In this document: positions 20,884-27,798 of the stretch, one piece after another
Position numbering within the stretch: position 1 is the stretch's first letter
How the letters are laid out: every line of letters begins with the position of its first letter
DNA from: Eubacteriales bacterium
GTDB lineage: Bacteria > Bacillota > Clostridia > Oscillospirales > CAG-272
Reading direction: 5' to 3'
DNA: 64,000 bases
Assembly: GCA_051867875.1 (NCBI GenBank)
Contig: JBJDZG010000026.1
Location: 42,071-106,070 of the forward strand
Notes under the pieces: model-generated
The model's input: only the letters and a program-made list of their open reading frames with translations
Told to the model about the DNA's origin: nothing
The model's database searches: none
Position numbers and translations under genes: made by a program

Positions 20884-21290
20884 TGACTCACCCCGCAATT
20901 AATGTTTTCTGCATAGGTATAATCACCTTTTTTGATAAAAATTATTATCAGCTCGTCATCAGAAGTTTCCGATGTACCTTTGCCGTCATAATCATATTTT
21001 AAGGTATACACTTGATTTACGGCATCGGTAACCTTAAAATCGGAATCCAAATAAATGAATTTGCCGCTTGAAACACCTTTAGTATAATTGTTATACCAAT
21101 TTTCGCCGTAAGCGTCCCAATAGGCGTTGATATCGTAACAGACCATTTCAAGACGGGCGTATTCTTCCTGCCTTAAAACGACTTTTCTCATAGAGAGCAC
21201 CGAAGAAAACAAAGCAAGCGAAATAATCGTGAACACCGCTATTGAAACTATAACTTCGACCAAGGTAACTCCCTTGCGAGTCTTTTTCAT
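20880..21290 (-). CDS. minor (pseudo)pilin with prepilin-type N-terminal cleavage/methylation domain
   Basis: 136 aa. MKKTRKG/VTLVEVIVSIAVF has the cleavage Gly, Glu at +5 and a hydrophobic helix. Confidence 0.75.
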   Translation of the reverse strand: MKKTRKGVTLVEVIVSIAVFTIISLALFSSVLSMRKVVLRQEEYARLEMVCYDINAYWDAYGENWYNNYTKGVSSGKFIYLDSDFKVTDAVNQVYTLKYDYDGKGTSETSDDELIIIFIKKGDYTYAENINCGVSQ

Positions 21291-21340
21291 AGATATGACC
21301 TCATCTTTCGCTCAGCGAAAGCTTCCTTTCTGTCAGATTA

Positions 21341-22561
21341 TCAGGGTTTCGGAACGAGTCCTTGCTCTGCAGCAAGCTCGCCGACAAGCACGAATGCACC
21401 TTCCTGACGGAATGCAGTAGCAATTCTGTAAAGGCAGGGTGTATCGTCAAATCCCTTACGCTTCGTAAGCGCGCAAGGATAACGCGAATTGATATATTTC
21501 TCGGGATTAGTAGCAAGATATAGCATTACTCTGTTGTTACGGATATCCATTTTTGCGTATACAGTGGAATTGATATGGAATACAGAGCAAGCATCGGTTA
21601 CCTTGGACTTCATTCCCGTATAGGAAAGCAACGCTTTTGCAATAGCGTCGTATCTCGTGCGTAAGATGCTGTTTGCATCGTTGTAACGCTTTGTAAATAC
21701 GGTGCCGTCGTTGGCATAATCCTCCCAATCGACCTCAAGCTCGTCAGTCTTTTGCTGAATGGACTGAGCCATCGACGCTTCAAGCTCTGTCTTTTTCGTT
21801 TCTTCGGCAAGCTCAGCTTCTCCGAGCTTGGCAAGTCCCAAACGAAGCTCAATCGGGTCGTCGGCGCTTATGCCGTAATGCGTAATCTTTTTACGGTCAA
21901 ATTCAAATTCATGCTTTGACGCAACAAGTAAGAATTTGTTCAAGATTTCTCTGCTGTTTTCAAATTCAAAATCATAACTTGTAATCAAATTTTTATTTGA
22001 TGACAAAATCATTGTGCAGACCTTGCGTCTGATATGGAAAAATACGTAGTTGCTCGTATAATCAAGCGACTCGCAAAGATACATACCGTAGGGCTTAGCC
22101 TCTCCGACCTCTGTACCGAGCTGTTTTGCGATTTTGAGGAAAGAGTCAACTATTGCCTTGGGCATAAAGTAGGTATTGTATGTATATCCTACTTCGCGTT
22201 TGTAGGAGTTAGAAGCCGTATAGAAATCGTCTTTATCAGGTCTTGCCTTCATTTCCTTGTTGTAAAGCATCTTTGCCTGCCAAGCGTTCTTAACGGGAAG
22301 CGGGAGAGATTTTCTGTAAACCTCTTCGCAGCGAAGAAGCAAAAGAATCGAGGGCATGTAAACGAGGTCAAGCTTTTTGAGTTCGTCTTTGATTCTGTCA
22401 ACTATGGGCTCGATTTTTGTGATGACACCGTTGACCATTGAATAGTCTTCAAGGTCAATCATAATCTCTTTTGCGTCGGTATTCTTTTTTTGAGGAAAGT
22501 AGATTCTTAAATATCCCTTCCCAAAATTACAGTATTCAAATATACATTGATTTTGAGCCAT
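21341..22561 (-). CDS. hypothetical cytoplasmic protein: PilM-like N-terminal region plus an unassigned C-terminal module
   Basis: 406 aa with no transmembrane segment. It sits in the operon slot between the pilins. The N-terminal roughly 250 aa follow the PilM/actin-like strand-helix pattern only loosely (my by-eye judgement). An acidic linker and a C-terminal domain of about 120 aa follow. No named motif was recognised. Confidence 0.4.
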   Translation of the reverse strand: MAQNQCIFEYCNFGKGYLRIYFPQKKNTDAKEIMIDLEDYSMVNGVITKIEPIVDRIKDELKKLDLVYMPSILLLLRCEEVYRKSLPLPVKNAWQAKMLYNKEMKARPDKDDFYTASNSYKREVGYTYNTYFMPKAIVDSFLKIAKQLGTEVGEAKPYGMYLCESLDYTSNYVFFHIRRKVCTMILSSNKNLITSYDFEFENSREILNKFLLVASKHEFEFDRKKITHYGISADDPIELRLGLAKLGEAELAEETKKTELEASMAQSIQQKTDELEVDWEDYANDGTVFTKRYNDANSILRTRYDAIAKALLSYTGMKSKVTDACSVFHINSTVYAKMDIRNNRVMLYLATNPEKYINSRYPCALTKRKGFDDTPCLYRIATAFRQEGAFVLVGELAAEQGLVPKP

Positions 22562-22578
22562 TATTACTCAACCTCCGA

Positions 22579-22980
22579 TTATTTTTCGCCTAAAATAAAC
22601 TTATAATAAGTAGAATCTTTGAATTGCATAATGCAATAGACAAAATCGTCTTGAATTGCTATCAAAAATATGGATAAATCCGTGTCCTCAAACAGCACCT
22701 TGTCATCATCGGGGTTATCCGTAGTACCATTGTTGTGTATGATTTTTCCGTCTTCGAGAACTATTTTGCCGACAAGATTAACTGAACCTTCATCTTTTGC
22801 GTATCCGCGAACACTGTTCTCAATGGACTGTGCAAGCATAATCTGTTCGGATTTTACGATAAGCTCTCTTGAAGAGTTAGTCATAAACACAAACAGAGTG
22901 GCGACCATTCCGAGCACAATAGTCGTAATAGCTATGACCACTACTACCTCGATAAGCGTAAATCCACGCTTTTTAGACAT
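22579..22980 (-). CDS. pilA: type IV major pilin candidate (prepilin)
   Basis: MSKKRG/FTLIEVVVVIAITTIVLG is a canonical class III signal peptide. I use ATG 22980, which has an AAAGGAG Shine-Dalgarno sequence 8 nt upstream. The track start at 23007 is further upstream. Confidence 0.8.
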   Translation of the reverse strand: MSKKRGFTLIEVVVVIAITTIVLGMVATLFVFMTNSSRELIVKSEQIMLAQSIENSVRGYAKDEGSVNLVGKIVLEDGKIIHNNGTTDNPDDDKVLFEDTDLSIFLIAIQDDFVYCIMQFKDSTYYKFILGEK

Positions 22981-23014
22981 AGACTTTTCTCCTTTCGCAG
23001 GATTCATAAATGAT

Positions 23015-23045
23015 GGCGAGGAGATGAGGGTGTCATCACCTCGCC
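23015..23045 (-). other. 12-bp stem-loop in the pilin 5' leader
   Basis: On the minus strand: GGCGAGG-T-GATGA-CACCC-TCATC-T-CCTCGCC. It lies between the predicted transcription start and the Shine-Dalgarno sequence, and no U-tract follows it. Confidence 0.5.
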
Positions 23046-23111
23046 GTGATTTTTGAAATTATTGATTTGTGATTGTCATTTTTTACAGTCTGTATGACCT
23101 TCGACTTTGCC

Positions 23112-23140
23112 ATTATACCACTTTACGCTCAATTTGTCAA
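23112..23140 (-). promoter_or_regulatory. sigma-A type promoter of the pilin operon
   Basis: On the minus strand: TTGACA (23135-23140), 17-nt spacer, TGgTATAAT extended -10 (TATAAT at 23112-23117). Predicts a leader of about 125 nt. Confidence 0.65.
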
Positions 23141-23362
23141 CCCTTTTTGATTTTTTTATACTGCGGGTGTTTGCCAAGATTAACAAAAATCAGCAATTTT
23201 CAACATATATTTACATTTTATACCAATATAGCTGTCAAAACAGGCTATATTGCTTGATTTTTCAACTGCTTCGTTTTTCTTTGTGAAAAATGACGAATTT
23301 TTTCTTTTTGGAGCAAAAGTATGCGTGTGATATTCCCCGCTTTTCATGGCAGAACGGTCTTT

Positions 23363-24337
23363 TCAGTTAATATAATTTATATTTTGTGCATATTTCACTT
23401 CAAAAAATACGAGATTTTCGCCGTCCATGTCCTCATTGTGCATATTGACTGCACATATCTGGCTGTTTTCATAGGTTCTGTAATAATATATTCCCTTTTC
23501 TGTATTGCAACAACTCGTATATTGCGTTTTTTCATACTTGTCGCCGACCTTCATAGCGCCTTCGGGGCACTCAACCGAGCCGAGAATGTGGAACATCTGT
23601 CCGACACTGTCCTCCTCGCTCTCGGGCTTCACCGCATTGAGCTTCATAAATGCCGCGCGCACGAACCTTGAAGACGAGGACATATCGCCGGGCATACCGA
23701 TAGCGCCCATTCCTTTGCAATAGATATTGAAGTCAACCTTATCGGAAAATCTGTTTACGGGCTCCTCATTTGTAAGATTGATGTAATTATTCAAATACAT
23801 CATCTGATAATTGAACGGCGGGTTATTCGTAAGAACTCCGACGGGATTTTCAAATATCCTCATTCCCTCTTGCATAAATTCCACGGTAATACATCTCTCG
23901 CCGTCGGAAATCATCCAATGAAGCTGGGCGTTTTGAAGTCCCGGCATAAACGTAATATCAATAAGGTTTATATTTTCAAGCTCGCGCTCACACTCTCCGA
24001 CCGTTTTACATCTTCCGAGCAGGTACGGGATAAGCTCAAAGGGTGCAAGATTCGTTTTTCCCTCGACCGTTTCTTTTGCAAAATACGCATTTCCCACGAA
24101 ATTAAGTCCCGCGATACTCAGACCGCACTCGTTAGTAGCATCGTAATAGAGCGGGTAATCCTGCATAACGGTAGCCATTCCTATCATGGCGTATCCCGCT
24201 CTCTCGCTCTCCCTCTCTCTATATTTGAACACGTAATTTCTCGGCGTTACGGTAACGCTTTCGTTATATCTTATTTCGAGGTCAAGATTTCTGCCGAAAT
24301 AATGGCTTTTTGATTTGAAATCAACTGCTGTACACAT
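23363..24337 (-). CDS. choloylglycine hydrolase family protein (bile salt hydrolase / linear amide C-N hydrolase, Ntn type)
   Basis: Starts MCTAVDF..., with the nucleophile Cys directly after Met. An AAGGAAG Shine-Dalgarno sequence lies upstream of ATG 24337, so the track start at 24421 is unlikely. Substrate (bile salt or another amide) cannot be determined from sequence. Confidence 0.85.
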   Translation of the reverse strand: MCTAVDFKSKSHYFGRNLDLEIRYNESVTVTPRNYVFKYRERESERAGYAMIGMATVMQDYPLYYDATNECGLSIAGLNFVGNAYFAKETVEGKTNLAPFELIPYLLGRCKTVGECERELENINLIDITFMPGLQNAQLHWMISDGERCITVEFMQEGMRIFENPVGVLTNNPPFNYQMMYLNNYINLTNEEPVNRFSDKVDFNIYCKGMGAIGMPGDMSSSSRFVRAAFMKLNAVKPESEEDSVGQMFHILGSVECPEGAMKVGDKYEKTQYTSCCNTEKGIYYYRTYENSQICAVNMHNEDMDGENLVFFEVKYAQNINYIN

Positions 24338-24398
24338 ATTTTTTACTTCCTTTTTATAGTATTTAATTTTATTGTGTTCCTTTTTACTTAATCGATAC

Positions 24399-24428
24399 AA
24401 AAGCGGTGAACAAATGTCCACCGCTTTT
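24399..24428 (-). terminator. intrinsic terminator after the zinc-ribbon membrane protein gene
   Basis: AAAAGCGGTG / CACCGCTTTT perfect 10-bp stem with a 10-nt loop, immediately after the stop at 24431. Confidence 0.6.
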
Positions 24429-24430
24429 CT

Positions 24431-24838
24431 TCAAGTCTTTTTGTCAAATTTGTGTTGACATTTTACGCAAGTAATCGTTATCTTGCCTCTGCCCTTAGGG
24501 ACTCTGAGCCAAGTTTTGCATTTCGGACAGCGGTAAAATTTATGCGTTTTTCTCTGCGCGTATCTTGTTTTTGCCATATTTACGGCACCGAGATATTTTT
24601 TGTTTTCCTGTACTCTCTTATACACGTTCTTTGAGAGAATCCTGAAATAACCATATCCCATCAGAAGCAATACCAAAATGTAGAGTATACTTTTTACAAT
24701 TCCGCGCGGACAAAATCCGCAAATAAGCAATACAATTACCGATGCAATAATACTTACCTTTGCCAGGTCGTCAAATCCGTTTCTGCCGTACATAAACGTT
24801 CTGATTTTCATACCGAGCTTTGATATAAAATTTCTCAT
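24431..24838 (-). CDS. small membrane protein with C-terminal zinc ribbon
   Basis: Two predicted transmembrane helices followed by CPKC...(x17)...CVKC. I prefer ATG 24838 (MRNFISKL), 14 nt after the ABC gene stop. Confidence 0.6.
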   Translation of the reverse strand: MRNFISKLGMKIRTFMYGRNGFDDLAKVSIIASVIVLLICGFCPRGIVKSILYILVLLLMGYGYFRILSKNVYKRVQENKKYLGAVNMAKTRYAQRKTHKFYRCPKCKTWLRVPKGRGKITITCVKCQHKFDKKT

Positions 24839-24851
24839 TTTTCTCACTCTC

Positions 24852-27500
24852 TTATTCGGTTCTGAGCGCAATTACGGGGTCTTTCTTAGAAGCTGTCTTT
24901 GACGGGAACAAGCCTGCTACGAACGTAAGGACTACACTGATACCTACAAGGATGATAGCAGGAATGGGTTCAAGGACTGCCTTGAGATTTGCAAGGCCTG
25001 TGAAATGGAACAGTATCATGTTTATCACTACTATAAGTCCGAGCGAGCAAACAATGCCTATAAGACCAGCAACAAATCCGACGAATATCGTTTCTGCATT
25101 GAATACTCGTGCAATATCTCTCTTGGAAGCACCGATAGCGCGCAAGATACCTATTTCCTTCGTTCTTTCAAGAACGGAGATATACGTGATAATACCTATC
25201 ATAATTGAAGATACAACGAGAGAAATTGCAACGAATGCGATAAGAACGTACGAGATAGCATCAATGATAGTCGTTACAGAGCTCATAAGAAGCGCTACCG
25301 TATCGGTATATGTTATTCTATCGTCTTTAGACTGCTTTTCGTTGTATTCGGAAATGTACTTAACTATCTGCTCCTTAGCCTCAAAGTCCTTGGGATAAAT
25401 CGAGATGGACGACGGATTATCAACGTCAATATAGCCGAGCTTTTTGAGGTTCCCGTCGTAGGTGTTAGTAGTTACTCTATCCTTATTGAGATAATTAAGC
25501 ACCTGATTAATTATAGCACTTGCAACATCGGAAGGATATTTTTCAAGTATTTCGGAAAGATAAGGAATATCGTCGATGGTGTAGCCCTTGGAATCAAATC
25601 TGATACCCGTAAAGAGGTCTACTTCCTTATCGGCAAGCTGAGCCTTTACGACGTCGCTCTTATTTGAACGTGCGATAACATTGTCCATAAGGTCGGACAT
25701 ATATCCGATAGTACCTATATTTGCCATAGCCATCGAATCGTCGGAAGGACGCAGGATGCCTACTATCTTAAGCTCCATAGCGTTATCAAGACGCTCGTTG
25801 AGTATTGCGTTATCCTCTTCAACGCTCGTGTCGAGCTCGTGAATCTTGCCGTCCTGAAGCACGTAATGGTCGCTGTCAAGGAGCACCTTGAACTGGAAAT
25901 CGTAAATTTCGTCAAAGGTGTAATTGGTGGGCTCTATCTCATAGGTATTCTCGGTACCGTTGATATATGCCTCAATAGCGTGTTTCATCCACTCCTGAAC
26001 CTCTGCGTAATCTCGGATACCGAGGACGTAAAGCGTGTAGTCGGAAATCTGATTGTTCTTGTCAACTATGAGAACTATCTCGTTAAGGCTTTCTGGATAT
26101 CTTCCGTCAACGAGCTCATAATCATTCATAATGCTTTCTGTGTCGCCGATAAGCTCAGTCCAACCCGTAACGCTGCCCATACTGCTCATCATGGACGCCA
26201 TACTGCTCATCATTTCCTTGGAGATGCCCGTAAGACCCATTGTGTCGTACATCTGGTCCATACCCTTTGAGCTGTTCTTATACGTTCCGTCTTCCTGAAG
26301 GAAATAGGTGTTAAGCTTTGCTGAATAGGAATATTTTACGTCCGTGCAGTAATTTTTGAAATCGGGGTGGGATTCAATGTAATCCTTGAATTTTTCAAGA
26401 TTGTTTATAGATATCGATGAGGACATTGATGTCATCATCTGCACCATTATCTCACTTGAATAAATCTTATTGGGGTCCCTCGGTTCATTGGACGACGAAC
26501 TCTGCATAAGAGCGGACATCATCGAGCTTGGGTTCATCGTACTCTGCTGAATTTGAATAGGATACGACGACATCGTGCTTTGCTCTATCGAATCTATATA
26601 CGCCTGAACACCCGTCGAAACCGACAGAATAAGCGCTATACCTATAATACCTATCGAGCCTGCAAAGGAAGTAAGGAAGGTCCTGCCCTTTTTAGTCATA
26701 AGGTTATTAAAGGAGAGCGACATAGCCGTAATGAAGGACATCGACGACTTCTTCTTTCTTCTTATGGGCTCTTTTCTTCTCGGAGTATCTACGCAACCTG
26801 CTTCGTTGTAAACTATTCTTCCGTCAAACGGGTTGGAGTCGCCGATAAGATTACCGTCGGATAGTCTGATTATTCTCGTTGAATACATTTCGGCAAGCTC
26901 GGGGTTATGAGTTACCATGACAACGAGTCTGTCCTTAGCTATTTCTTTGAGAAGGTCCATAACCTGAACGCTCGTTTCGGAGTCAAGAGCACCCGTCGGC
27001 TCGTCTGCAAGCAAAATGTCGGGGTTATTGATAAGAGCACGCGCGATAGCTACTCTCTGCATCTGTCCGCCGGAGAGCTGATTTGGACGCTTATGCATAT
27101 GGGAGCGAAGTCCCACCTTATCGAGAGCCTGAACGGCCTTCCTTCTTCTCTCCTGCTTCGATATACCGCTGAGGGTCAGCGCAAGCTCTACGTTTGCAAG
27201 GACGCTCTGGTGGGAGATAAGATTATAGCTTTGAAAAATGAAACCTATCGTATGGTTTCTGTACGTATCCCAGTCGGAGTCTTTATAAGCTTTCGTGGAA
27301 ACGCCGTTTATTATAAGGTCGCCGCTCGTGTATTGGTCAAGACCGCCGATTATATTAAGCAACGTGGTCTTTCCGCAACCCGATTGACCGAGTATGGAAA
27401 CAAACTCGCTCTCTCGGAATTTTATGCTGACACCCTTGAGTGCCTCAACCGCGGACTCATCTTTTCCGTAAGTTTTTCTAATGTTAATGAGCTCTAACAT
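24852..27500 (-). CDS. fused ABC transporter ATP-binding protein / FtsX-family permease (MacB-like)
   Basis: 882 aa. N-terminal ABC ATPase (GQSGCGKTT, LSGGQMQR, LLADEPTGALD). A large extracytoplasmic domain follows, then a C-terminal FtsX four-helix permease block. Confidence 0.88.
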   Translation of the reverse strand: MLELINIRKTYGKDESAVEALKGVSIKFRESEFVSILGQSGCGKTTLLNIIGGLDQYTSGDLIINGVSTKAYKDSDWDTYRNHTIGFIFQSYNLISHQSVLANVELALTLSGISKQERRRKAVQALDKVGLRSHMHKRPNQLSGGQMQRVAIARALINNPDILLADEPTGALDSETSVQVMDLLKEIAKDRLVVMVTHNPELAEMYSTRIIRLSDGNLIGDSNPFDGRIVYNEAGCVDTPRRKEPIRRKKKSSMSFITAMSLSFNNLMTKKGRTFLTSFAGSIGIIGIALILSVSTGVQAYIDSIEQSTMSSYPIQIQQSTMNPSSMMSALMQSSSSNEPRDPNKIYSSEIMVQMMTSMSSSISINNLEKFKDYIESHPDFKNYCTDVKYSYSAKLNTYFLQEDGTYKNSSKGMDQMYDTMGLTGISKEMMSSMASMMSSMGSVTGWTELIGDTESIMNDYELVDGRYPESLNEIVLIVDKNNQISDYTLYVLGIRDYAEVQEWMKHAIEAYINGTENTYEIEPTNYTFDEIYDFQFKVLLDSDHYVLQDGKIHELDTSVEEDNAILNERLDNAMELKIVGILRPSDDSMAMANIGTIGYMSDLMDNVIARSNKSDVVKAQLADKEVDLFTGIRFDSKGYTIDDIPYLSEILEKYPSDVASAIINQVLNYLNKDRVTTNTYDGNLKKLGYIDVDNPSSISIYPKDFEAKEQIVKYISEYNEKQSKDDRITYTDTVALLMSSVTTIIDAISYVLIAFVAISLVVSSIMIGIITYISVLERTKEIGILRAIGASKRDIARVFNAETIFVGFVAGLIGIVCSLGLIVVINMILFHFTGLANLKAVLEPIPAIILVGISVVLTFVAGLFPSKTASKKDPVIALRTE

Positions 27501-27688
27501 TCTTCTGTCACCTGTTCAAAATATTTATTTTATTAATTATATCACCAAACAAAACACATTTCAACACTTTGATTGGATTTATTTTTACATTCTAATACTA
27601 ATACTTGAACCTTAAAAATTCCTTAAATTATCCATTTCAGTCAAAATGATTAAAAAGCAGTGCTAAAAATTGTGAAAAGTTACAAAAA

Positions 27689-27740
27689 TATCAATATATA
27701 GTTTTTGGGGCTTGACTAAACCACAATATATAGTTATAAT
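27689..27740 (+). promoter_or_regulatory. nrdDG promoter with two candidate NrdR boxes
   Basis: TTGACT (27712-27717), 17-nt spacer, TATAAT (27735-27740). The identical 10-mer CAATATATAG occurs at 27692-27701 and 27724-27733, exactly 32 bp apart. It matches the core of the NrdR-box palindrome acaCwAtATaTwGtgt. The second box overlaps the spacer and -10 element. Confidence 0.65.
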
Positions 27741-27798
27741 TAGAATGTCGATTTTTCGTTTAGATTTATATACATGATAAAATTTTTAGGAGGTTTTT

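Noticed and set aside
23008-23140. Cyclic-di-GMP riboswitch upstream of the pilin gene
   Set aside because: The leader lacks the conserved GEMM-I/II sequence blocks (for example ACGCACAGGGCAAACC / GGGACGCAAAGCC). Only a simple hairpin is present.
24338-24421. N-terminal extensions offered by the ORF track for several genes (starts at 24421, 13717, 23007, 38950, 44053, 58519, 61012, 55851, 59147, 49908, 24871)
   Set aside because: In each case an internal ATG with a good Shine-Dalgarno sequence coincides with the conserved family N-terminus. Examples are MCTAV for the Ntn hydrolase, MGLFTKLFG for SecA and the lipoprotein signal peptide. The extensions overlap neighbouring genes or add non-homologous residues.
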